Position numbers and translations under genes: made by a program | Origin: a virus | IMG/VR virus record: IMGVR_UViG_3300021376_000007 | Length of the DNA stretch: 64,000 nt | Strand: one strand, 5' to 3' | Notes under the pieces: generated by a model | What the model was told of the DNA's origin: nothing | What the model saw: only the letters and a program-made list of their open reading frames with translations | Database searches by the model: none | Shown: positions 30,297 to 38,312 of the stretch, piece by piece | Layout of the letters: each line of letters starts with the position of its first letter | Position numbering within the stretch: position 1 is the stretch's first letter

Positions 30297-30397
30297 AAAC
30301 TCTCCTCCTTTAGGCAGCCGTCAAGCTACCCATAAAGAGAAAACCCCATTTCTGGGGTCCTCTCTCCGAAGGTACCAGGCTACCTTCTACCTTTTAG

Positions 30398-30622
30398 TTA
30401 GGAGTTGAGCTTATCGTTGGCGTAGTTGATTACGCCGTCGAGACAGCTCTTCCTCTTCTCCAGTATTGCCACAGCCTCCTTCAATTGTGCTTGGCCGTAG
30501 TGGAGGAGCTCCATCAGACCCCTCACGTGGGTCATGATGGCCTCGACATTGGCGTTTGCTTTGTCGTTGTCTGTGATTGTGAGAGCGATTTCGATCTCAC
30601 GGATTTGGTTGCATTGCAGCAT
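30398..30622 (-). CDS. Cassette helical hypothetical protein
   Basis: GGAGG RBS before MLQCNQ. Confidence 0.65.
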   Translation of the reverse strand: MLQCNQIREIEIALTITDNDKANANVEAIMTHVRGLMELLHYGQAQLKEAVAILEKRKSCLDGVINYANDKLNS

Positions 30623-30754
30623 GATTCCTCCTGCTGTTGTGTTTTGTTTGTTTTGGGACAAAACACGTGCCTGGCCGTGTCCAGATAGTCGTCAGACTAC
30701 CCATAAAGAGAAAACCCCTTTCGGGGTCTCCTCCTTTGAGCATCCTTTTTCTGC

Positions 30755-31072
30755 TCAGTTGCCTTCTGCTGATTTCATGTTGATCATGCGATCAATCCAT
30801 GCTGTCGTGCAGTCTTCACAATAGTGCGGCCAGCCATTCTTTTCCTGTGTAGAAAAACGTTCCAGAGCAATGCCTGTTCCGCACTTCACACATTTAAAAA
30901 CAGTGCTGCACTTTGTGCAGGGACACTTGCTCATTGCCTCGATTTCCTCTTCGACACCCACTTTGATTGTGGGAAATCGCTCAGGATTCTTAGCAACGAT
31001 CTCAACGATCTTGTGCCAGTGTTCCAGTCTGCATTTTGGTTGTGAATGTCTGTTGGGCCCTTGGGCCCCCAT
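30755..31072 (-). CDS. Cassette Zn-finger protein
   Basis: CPCTKC...CVKC...CEDC. Confidence 0.7.
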   Translation of the reverse strand: MGAQGPNRHSQPKCRLEHWHKIVEIVAKNPERFPTIKVGVEEEIEAMSKCPCTKCSTVFKCVKCGTGIALERFSTQEKNGWPHYCEDCTTAWIDRMINMKSAEGN

Positions 31073-31259
31073 GACAATCTCCCTTCATGTTGGGTCTGGA
31101 CTACCAAGTCCAGAGACTACCCATAAAAGAAGAACGCCCGCATACGAGACGGGCCGCCCTTCAATACCCTTGATTGTTCAGCTTCTTTTTTTTCGCTTAC
31201 TTAAACTTCTGGTGCCAGGCCAAGGATATGGCCCCGATCCAATTCAGTTGACGATCAAC

Positions 31260-31442
31260 TCACCTGTTGTTCCTGGTGAACCATCTGGATCCGAAGAACC
31301 CTATGGCCACAGCAACACCAAGCCAGTTCACCAGGCCGAATATCGCTTGCACGATAGCTCCGGCCCAGCTCACCGCTGGAGTCAAAAGAAGAATGGCCAC
31401 GAGGACCAACTCCCAGTGCTCCGCGAGGAACGCCTTGATTTG
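31260..31442 (-). CDS. Cassette small membrane protein
   Basis: AAGGAGG RBS + TTG; two hydrophobic helices. Confidence 0.65.
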   Translation of the reverse strand, partial: QIKAFLAEHWELVLVAILLLTPAVSWAGAIVQAIFGLVNWLGVAVAIGFFGSRWFTRNNR

Positions 31443-31537
31443 GTTCAATTCACCTCCTTTCACAAAGGTAAATGAAGGAAGTCGTCAGACTACCCATAAA
31501 GAGAAAACCCCTTTCGGGGTCTTCTCTCCGATTTGCT

Positions 31538-31702
31538 CTAGTTCTTGTCCTTCTTGTCAGCTTCTTGGAGCCACTCTTCCTTGCACTCGACCGAGCAGTA
31601 CCCCGATAGGTAGTAGTCGAAATGATTATAGTGTTGCCCACAATGGATGCACTGTGGACCGTTGTTGTTGTTAGGATGCTCATCCTGATTTAACCGCATC
31701 AT
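31538..31702 (-). CDS. First cassette: Zn-finger microprotein (54 aa)
   Basis: Manual translation MMRLNQDEHP...CIHCG...YCSVEC; stops just before the hairpin of the next element. Confidence 0.65.
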   Translation of the reverse strand: MMRLNQDEHPNNNNGPQCIHCGQHYNHFDYYLSGYCSVECKEEWLQEADKKDKN

Positions 31703-32183
31703 ATTGTTTACCTTCTTTCTTTAGGCAGTTTGGTGTGCGTGAGTAACCGAGTGGCTACCCATAAAAAAAAGACAACAATAAGAGGGTATGGGGGGGTGGG
31801 CTCGTTAAAGTAAACCATACAAATACAACTTAACTATTACCCGCTCATAAATTTTCCTTATTTTTTTAACTCTTAAGATTTTTATACACCTTTATAGAGC
31901 TACGAAAATTTTTCCTATAAATTTCCCACAACAAGTTGCCAAATCGAAAAACCTTGTGATAACGTATGCTCACTTTGTCGGAAAAGCCGGCGAACATACA
32001 AACAGAAAGAATCACTGAAATGACAAACATTATTGATCCAGAAAATTTTAATTTGGAATCATACGAAGAGATAGATCAATACCTCGGTCAATACACAAAG
32101 ACAGAATATGATATGTTCAGACCAGCCTACAATGACGTCGATTTTGACATGGACAACTACGGATACGACTACTGATACCCATC

Positions 32184-32735
32184 ATGGCCACCATAAACAC
32201 CATGCCAAACAACATATTGGTAGGATCAGAGAAATTGTTCAGATCCAAGAATCCTTGGAGAATAAATTCATCATTGATAGGACTACTGTCACCTGGTCAT
32301 AACTTATTATTATTTAATACCAATAATAGAGATGACTTTGATAGAAAAAAGACGCAAAGATTGGCCACTGTACTGTATGACAATTGTCAGGTCTCACATG
32401 GTAATGTGATATTCATGGGATTGGAAAATGAATGTAGAATGGGTGTTGATTTACAGTTCAAGTATGGATATGATTTTGACTGCATGGTTCTTGTCAATAA
32501 TCCCTATGATGAGGCAATGTATGAAAATTTATCGGAGCGTACTTTATTGTATAATTTCTATACTAATTCAAATGGTTTTGATTTGGCCGGCGCTCACATC
32601 AATCAAAAGATTAAAACTGTACTTCCGGCACAAATGTCAAAAAGATTTGCTCTTGAGATGTATGGATGTTTGTTGTACGACACTTACGGCCAGAATTGCT
32701 TTGATGATGTGTACGGACCTATAAAATATGTTTAA
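32184..32735 (+). CDS. Hypothetical protein
   Basis: 183-aa ORF after the strand switch. Confidence 0.65.
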   Translation: MATINTMPNNILVGSEKLFRSKNPWRINSSLIGLLSPGHNLLLFNTNNRDDFDRKKTQRLATVLYDNCQVSHGNVIFMGLENECRMGVDLQFKYGYDFDCMVLVNNPYDEAMYENLSERTLLYNFYTNSNGFDLAGAHINQKIKTVLPAQMSKRFALEMYGCLLYDTYGQNCFDDVYGPIKYV

Positions 32736-33016
32736 TTAAAGTCATCGGGGTTTATGGTGAACACGTTTGGAATTTCCGTGGCCAATGATCTGACGACGGT
32801 TTCTTGATCATCACCATTTAGTGCACAGATGTCGTTGACCATATCCCATTGTTCCTTGGAGAAGACGGCTAGAGTGATCTGGCCGTCTTCTTCTGAGTAT
32901 GCGGTCAAGACACTGTCTTGAATTTCTCCTTGAGAATCAAAATCAAATATTCCATTTTGGATGTCTATTCTGTCTGATTCCAAAATTTTTTTTATCAGAT
33001 CGAGAAAAAAATTCAT
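32732..33016 (-). CDS. Acidic hypothetical protein
   Basis: AAGGA RBS; TTACTATA motif upstream at 33129-33136. Confidence 0.6.
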   Translation of the reverse strand: MNFFLDLIKKILESDRIDIQNGIFDFDSQGEIQDSVLTAYSEEDGQITLAVFSKEQWDMVNDICALNGDDQETVVRSLATEIPNVFTINPDDFN

Positions 33017-33137
33017 ATTATAAGTCCTTATTCCTCTGTTTAAAAAAAATAAAAACCGAAAAAAATTGCGCGCGTTTTGCGTTTGGCAAAAAGCTAGATC
33101 TTTTTCAGCTCAATTATTTTCATGTAGTTATAGTAAC

Positions 33138-33377
33138 TCAATCATCTGAATACAAATACAATTCATCTCTTAAATCATCTAAAGCTTCTTGAACTTTCAG
33201 CAATCTGTACTCCATCTTCTCAATAAACTCTTCTGATGGTTTAAGGTCAAAAGATACTCTTAGTTTTACCGGAATTGAATCGCTTTTTTCTTTTCTAGAT
33301 TGAAAATTAAAGACGTTGTTTTTTTGTGTGTAATTTTCGTATTTTTTATAAAAGTTTTTTAGGTCTTCTTCATTCAT
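33138..33377 (-). CDS. Hypothetical protein
   Basis: GAGGAG RBS. Confidence 0.6.
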   Translation of the reverse strand: MNEEDLKNFYKKYENYTQKNNVFNFQSRKEKSDSIPVKLRVSFDLKPSEEFIEKMEYRLLKVQEALDDLRDELYLYSDD

Positions 33378-33514
33378 TTTCTAACTCCTCTATCCATTTA
33401 TCTCCACATTCTCTACAATCTATGTAAAGACATTTATTTCCATTTGATAAACCATTTCTAACTATATAATTAGTTGGAATTGGACAATCAGGGCATGGTT
33501 CAATTTTTTTGCTC

Positions 33515-34546
33515 TCAACCATCATTGGCAAGCTTTTCTTTGATATCTCTAAACAAATCTTCGTTGTCCCTTATTTGTGATATTGCGTTTTCTCGTCCTT
33601 GAGAAAAGAGCTCACCTTGATAATAAATCCATGCACCTTTTTGTGTAAAGATTCCTTGATCCACTGCAACGTCAAAAACACATCCATACTCATCTATTCC
33701 TTTTCCGTAAAGTATATTAAACTCAGTTATTTTTAATGGCGGAGCCATCTTGTTCTTGATAATCTTAGCTTTTACTCTAATTCCTACTGATTCTCCAGAT
33801 TTATCTTTCAAGTCTTCCTTCTTTCTTATGTCAATTCTTACTGACGCTGCATAGGGAAGAGCTTTCCCGCCCGGAGTAGTTTCAGGATTGCCAAACATAA
33901 TACCTATCTTCATCCTTATTTGATTGATAAAAATTATTAATGTTTTGTGCTGGTTAGCTAATCCGACAAGTTTGCGCATTGCCTTTGACATCATACGTGC
34001 TTGCGCACCCATTTGCATGGATTCCATTTCACCTTCTAATTCAGCTTTAGGAATTAAAGACGCTACAGAATCTACAACTACTACTCCAAGCTCGCCTGTT
34101 CTAATTAGCTTGTCAACAATTTCCAGACCCTGTTCACCATAATCAGGTTGAGCTAATAATAATTCATCTAAATTAATTCCTACATCTTGCATGTAGACCG
34201 GATCAAGCGCATGTTCGGCATCTACATAAGCGCACCTAATACCCTGCTTTTGGGCTTGGGCAATAACAGATAAAGCTAAAGTTGATTTGCCAGAAGATTC
34301 TGGGCCATATATTTCAACCACTCTACCTTTCGGTAAGCCACCAATGCCAAGAATTCTATCGAGAGACAGAGCTCCAGTTGATATTGATGGCCAAGACGTA
34401 AATTTAGAAGAACCCAATCTCATAACAGACCCTGCTCCAAATTGTCTTTCAATCTGAGCTATTGCTAGCTCCAGCTGCCTAGACTCATCTTTTTGTTTTT
34501 TTGTAGAATTTAAGGATACTTCCTCAAAATCTTCTGATTCGTTCAT
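33515..34546 (-). CDS. recA: Recombinase RecA
   Basis: GPESSGKST, DAEHALDP, QPDYGEQ, DSVASL, FINQIR, GNPETTPGGKAL, KNKMAPP; exact start uncertain. Confidence 0.97.
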   Translation of the reverse strand: MNESEDFEEVSLNSTKKQKDESRQLELAIAQIERQFGAGSVMRLGSSKFTSWPSISTGALSLDRILGIGGLPKGRVVEIYGPESSGKSTLALSVIAQAQKQGIRCAYVDAEHALDPVYMQDVGINLDELLLAQPDYGEQGLEIVDKLIRTGELGVVVVDSVASLIPKAELEGEMESMQMGAQARMMSKAMRKLVGLANQHKTLIIFINQIRMKIGIMFGNPETTPGGKALPYAASVRIDIRKKEDLKDKSGESVGIRVKAKIIKNKMAPPLKITEFNILYGKGIDEYGCVFDVAVDQGIFTQKGAWIYYQGELFSQGRENAISQIRDNEDLFRDIKEKLANDG

Positions 34547-34777
34547 TTGTGCGTTGATGTCTTTCTTTGGTGATATACTGACTGACGTAAATACTACCAC
34601 AACATAAGGCTAACAACAACATGTTTAAGAACTCAAATTATAATCACGACTACATTAGAGCGATAAAAATTTTAAAATACAGAATAAATACTGTAGAAGA
34701 TTTAATTAGGATTTGGGATTTTTTTGGTCCATGTGTAGAAGATCACCCTAGCATAGAGGATATTTCGTAATTTTTAT

Positions 34778-34805
34778 TTGACACAGTGCCGTGATGCTGT
34801 ATAAT
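34778..34805 (+). promoter_or_regulatory. Consensus sigma70/sigA promoter
   Basis: TTGACA-N16-TATAAT. Confidence 0.75.
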
Positions 34806-34912
34806 CGTATCCAGAAGCCCTATAGGATCTGTGTGCTCTATCTCAATCTAGTGTAAGATTGATAATAATCTCTCTCAGATACGAAGGAAAATACAACAAA
34901 CATTTTTTTCTG

Positions 34913-34920
34913 TTACTATA
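34913..34920 (+). promoter_or_regulatory. Putative late-promoter motif TTACTATA (also 36425, 53743; variants at 50920, 57569; minus strand 33129)
   Basis: Recurs about 20-40 nt upstream of the first gene of plus-strand operons. Confidence 0.6.
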
Positions 34921-34942
34921 CTTTTAAGCAGAGGATGTTTGT

Positions 34943-36424
34943 ATGAAGCTTTACCAGATATATTTTCCCGAACTTGCAACGTATGTCAAGTTTAAGGTGC
35001 TGGATCCAGAAGGTGTGCAGAGTTTCTTATCTTCTCATGGAAATATTTCAAACCAAGCAGAGTTTATAAAATTTAAAAAAACTGTAATTGATTTTTTTGT
35101 TTTTAACCTTAAAAGCGAAATATCAGATTCTTTGCGTATGATGAGCAGAAAAGCTGCCGAAAAAATAGTCGATGCCCTGTACTCAGGGTGTGTAATGTTA
35201 AATCCCGGTTTAGACTTAGACGGATGGATCAACATTGCGTATGACGCACCCAAATCTACTGATCCATTTTTATTTGGTTCTGATGTTGATGATGATCTTG
35301 TGTCTAAATCATTTTTGGAGAAAATTAAAAAATTAGAAAAAAAACATACAAAATTAGATTCAACAGACTTTGCAAGCGAAGAAACTGAAAAACCAAATGC
35401 AAAAAAGACAAAGCCAATTACAAAACAAAAATTTATGGGTCTCAATGCCTATTTGCAAGAAAACATAATAGGGCAGGACCAAGCAATTTCAATAATAGTC
35501 GATGCCCTTAGAAGATGTCAAGCAGGATTAAATGACGAAAATAGACCGTTGGGTGTTTTCTTGTTTGCGGGATCGTCTGGAGTAGGAAAAACTCATTTAG
35601 CCAATTGTCTGCACAAGTACTTGTTTGGTTTAGAAAAATCAATGGTCAGAATAGACTGTGGAGAATTTCAGCACAAGCATGAAAATCAAAAGTTAATTGG
35701 ATCACCCCCTGGCTACGTAGGCCATGAAGAAGGTGGTCAGTTAGTTAACATAGTTAAAAAACAACCAAACACAGTTGTTTTATTGGACGAAATAGAAAAG
35801 GCTCATCCAGATATTTGGAACACTTTTTTAAGAGTATTTGATGACGGAATTTTAACTGACGCAAAAGGAGAAATAGTGGACTTCAAAAATACCGTAATTA
35901 TTATGACCACTAATCTTGGAAACGATAAAGTTAGCACAAGCTTACTTTCGGGAGGAGCCGGTTTTACTAATTCTGTTGGCTATAAAAATAACACAAAAGA
36001 AATACCATCAAGAGATGTTGTTGAAAGAAACGCAAACGACGCAATAAAAAAACATTTCAAACCAGAATTTTTAAATAGAATAGATAAAACAGTTATTTTC
36101 AATTATTTGTCTGAAGAAGACTGTAGGCGAATTGCACAAATAGAAATGTCTATAGTCGGAGAAAAATTAGGTAAAAAAGGCTATTCAATTAGATACACAG
36201 ATAGTGTTTTAAGTTTTTTAATTAATAATGGAGTAGACTCAATTAAAGGAGCAAGAGGACTGGCTCAAATAAGAAGAGAAAAAATAGAAGACCCGCTAGC
36301 AAAATTTATAGTTGAAAAAGCTACTCCTAGAGGGTCTATATTTGATTTAGACTGCAAGGATAACTTAATTAAAACTACTATAATTAAACCAAACAAAAAA
36401 GATTCTTTAGCAGAAAAAATTTAA
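34943..36424 (+). CDS. ClpA/ClpB-like AAA+ ATPase (second module only)
   Basis: IIGQDQA, GSSGVGKT, LIGSPPGYVG, LLDEIEKAHP, FKPEFLNRID, GARGL. Confidence 0.92.
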   Translation: MKLYQIYFPELATYVKFKVLDPEGVQSFLSSHGNISNQAEFIKFKKTVIDFFVFNLKSEISDSLRMMSRKAAEKIVDALYSGCVMLNPGLDLDGWINIAYDAPKSTDPFLFGSDVDDDLVSKSFLEKIKKLEKKHTKLDSTDFASEETEKPNAKKTKPITKQKFMGLNAYLQENIIGQDQAISIIVDALRRCQAGLNDENRPLGVFLFAGSSGVGKTHLANCLHKYLFGLEKSMVRIDCGEFQHKHENQKLIGSPPGYVGHEEGGQLVNIVKKQPNTVVLLDEIEKAHPDIWNTFLRVFDDGILTDAKGEIVDFKNTVIIMTTNLGNDKVSTSLLSGGAGFTNSVGYKNNTKEIPSRDVVERNANDAIKKHFKPEFLNRIDKTVIFNYLSEEDCRRIAQIEMSIVGEKLGKKGYSIRYTDSVLSFLINNGVDSIKGARGLAQIRREKIEDPLAKFIVEKATPRGSIFDLDCKDNLIKTTIIKPNKKDSLAEKI

Positions 36425-36455
36425 TTACTATAACTGAAAAACCTCAGGAGGTTTT

Positions 36456-36674
36456 ATGCCGCTATCATCTGCAAGAAGAGCAGTTTCAAATTTTACTACA
36501 AATTTATCTGGTCAAGGTCTTCGTTCTGCTGTCAGAAGCAGCATTGGATCACATCCCTATAAGAAAGGCGCAGCAGCTGCAGCGGCAGTTGTGGGTGCCG
36601 GAGCAATCATGAGAAGAAGATCATCTGGGTTAGACAAAACAGTAGGAAGACCAACCGGAATTAGGATGTACTAA
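36456..36674 (+). CDS. Small basic protein, possibly virion-internal
   Basis: Arg-rich with Ala/Gly hydrophobic segment; AGGAGG RBS. Confidence 0.6.
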   Translation: MPLSSARRAVSNFTTNLSGQGLRSAVRSSIGSHPYKKGAAAAAAVVGAGAIMRRRSSGLDKTVGRPTGIRMY

Positions 36675-36675
36675 C

Positions 36676-37005
36676 ATGCCAGGGGTTTTTGGAAGAATAG
36701 GTGGAGCCATTGATAATGTCGCAGAGCCACTTGGTTATGGTATCAATAGATTATTGAAAGGTTCAATGAGGGCTGGTCATATGCCTTCTGGTACTTTTCC
36801 TGCTGGAAATAGAATGGGCAGCGCAATAGCATCGGCATACAGAACCTCTATGCAACCACAGAATATTAGAACAGGAAGAAAAGCCATAGGCGCAGGTGCA
36901 GCCTTAGGTGGAATTGGATTTGCCAACAAAAGAAAAGATCACAGAGGTGGATATAATCCAAGAAGACCAATTGCACCAGTTCCACAAAATGGAAGGCCAA
37001 TTTAA
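36676..37005 (+). CDS. Small basic Gly-rich protein
   Basis: Composition like the upstream ORF; tight packing. Confidence 0.6.
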   Translation: MPGVFGRIGGAIDNVAEPLGYGINRLLKGSMRAGHMPSGTFPAGNRMGSAIASAYRTSMQPQNIRTGRKAIGAGAALGGIGFANKRKDHRGGYNPRRPIAPVPQNGRPI

Positions 37006-37007
37006 TA

Positions 37008-37418
37008 ATGAGTAATTGGGAAAGTTTTATTAATGAATCAGGTGATTTTGAGCTACCTAATTTTTTATATAAAACAATAAATGATTTAATGAAACAGTGC
37101 TTGGATATGGGAACATTGCTGTCCAGTGATCAGCATAAGCTTAGAGCCTACAAAGAGCAGACAAAGAAGATGTTTAAAGCTAGATGGTATGAAATAGCAA
37201 AAGCTTTAGAATTTTTTAACATAATAGATCCCTGCATATGTTCGCTGTCTGAAAAAGAAATATACTGCGATATTTGCAAAGGGGCAAGATTTATAATTAG
37301 TTCTACATTAACTCCAGACAAAATGAAAGAAATTGGAGTTTTCACAAATGCAGCGAATAATATAGAAATAATGCAAAAGTTGCAGAAAAGTTTGAGTGAA
37401 CTAATAACAGAGCAATAA
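37008..37418 (+). CDS. Hypothetical protein with CxC...CxxC
   Basis: ORF in operon. Confidence 0.7.
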   Translation: MSNWESFINESGDFELPNFLYKTINDLMKQCLDMGTLLSSDQHKLRAYKEQTKKMFKARWYEIAKALEFFNIIDPCICSLSEKEIYCDICKGARFIISSTLTPDKMKEIGVFTNAANNIEIMQKLQKSLSELITEQ

Positions 37419-37419
37419 T

Positions 37420-37593
37420 GTGCAGTGTCCAAGGTGTTCAAAAACAATGCAAGAAATAGTAGAATATTTTGTTGAACAACCAGAATTTTTGTATTCAAAA
37501 GAGCGTTATTGCACGCATTGCAGAAGTGCCGTTGTAGAGCATTTTGATGACAAAGGTTTTTACACAACAGAGTGGATTGATTTTAATGGGTAA
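37420..37593 (+). CDS. Zn-ribbon microprotein
   Basis: Manual translation MQCPRCS...YCTHCR. Confidence 0.6.
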   Translation: MQCPRCSKTMQEIVEYFVEQPEFLYSKERYCTHCRSAVVEHFDDKGFYTTEWIDFNG

Positions 37594-38311
37594 CATACAA
37601 AAACCAGAAGATAAAAATTCTTTTATGAAAAATTTTGAATCTTTAAGACCAGATTTATTTTTTCCAGAATCATGGTCTGAAGAAGAGATAAAAAAAGCAA
37701 ACGAATTAGTTAAGCCACAAAAAACAAAGACAGCTATGTTTGCATCTATACCAATGAATTGTGAAGCTGAAAGATGTATTTTTTCAGAGACATGTCCATT
37801 GCTTAAAGAAAATGTTGCACCGAGAAACAAACCATGTCCACTTGAAATGTCTATGGTTGTTCAGTTTACTCAAGAATACCTGCAGCAACTAGATGTAAAT
37901 CCAAATAATTTAGTAGAAGTTTCTATGGTAAGAGACTTGGTTGACCAAGAGGTTCAGTACCTAAGAAAAACAAAATTATTAGCCAAAGAGCATTTTATAC
38001 AAGAAAATGTTATTGGAATTGACCAAGATGGACAACCAATAATGAAAAAAGAATTACACCTAGCAGTGGAGCTAGAAGATAAACTTCACAAAAGAAGAAA
38101 AGACTTGCGTAATCAACTTCTTGCAACAAGAGAAGCAAAAGCAAAAATTGGGCAAGTTCAACTGGATACCGCACAGGCTATATCAGATATTATTTCTAAA
38201 GTTCAAAATATTGAAATACAAAGAGAAAAACTACTCAAACAAAAATTGGGAACATACGAATTGGACGAATACATCGAGGCCCAAACGATAGATACAAACC
38301 AGGAAGAATAA
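37586..38311 (+). CDS. Cys-cluster/coiled-coil protein (possible terminase small subunit)
   Basis: C-x4-C-x5-C...C then long helices; function guessed from position only. Confidence 0.45.
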   Translation: MGNIQKPEDKNSFMKNFESLRPDLFFPESWSEEEIKKANELVKPQKTKTAMFASIPMNCEAERCIFSETCPLLKENVAPRNKPCPLEMSMVVQFTQEYLQQLDVNPNNLVEVSMVRDLVDQEVQYLRKTKLLAKEHFIQENVIGIDQDGQPIMKKELHLAVELEDKLHKRRKDLRNQLLATREAKAKIGQVQLDTAQAISDIISKVQNIEIQREKLLKQKLGTYELDEYIEAQTIDTNQEE

Positions 38312-38312
38312 C

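Larger units (their letters stand above)
19473..31766 (-). repeat. Array of 24 intergenic elements: hairpin + TTTTCTCTTTATGGGTAG (plus strand CTACCCATAAAGAGAAAA)
   Basis: Plus-strand CTAC starts at 19473, 20211, 20559, 20969, 23340, 24054, 24399, 24724, 25254, 25782, 26176, 26762, 27162, 27848, 28448, 28750, 29384, 29765, 30005, 30326, 30697, 31117, 31490, 31755; degenerate copy near 16269. Confidence 0.95.

Noticed and set aside
24380-30340. TTGACG after the core as a sigma70 -35 box
   Set aside because: Present in only a subset of copies, with no -10 hexamer 16-18 nt downstream
31450-31683. 77-aa ORF-track call MSILTTTT
   Set aside because: Runs through the repeat element; the alternative frame 31538-31702 has an RBS, a Zn-finger motif and stops before the hairpin
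19473-31766. Repeat array as a CRISPR array
   Set aside because: Intervals are 240 to over 2000 bp, carry RBS-led genes, the repeats vary, and no cas genes are visible
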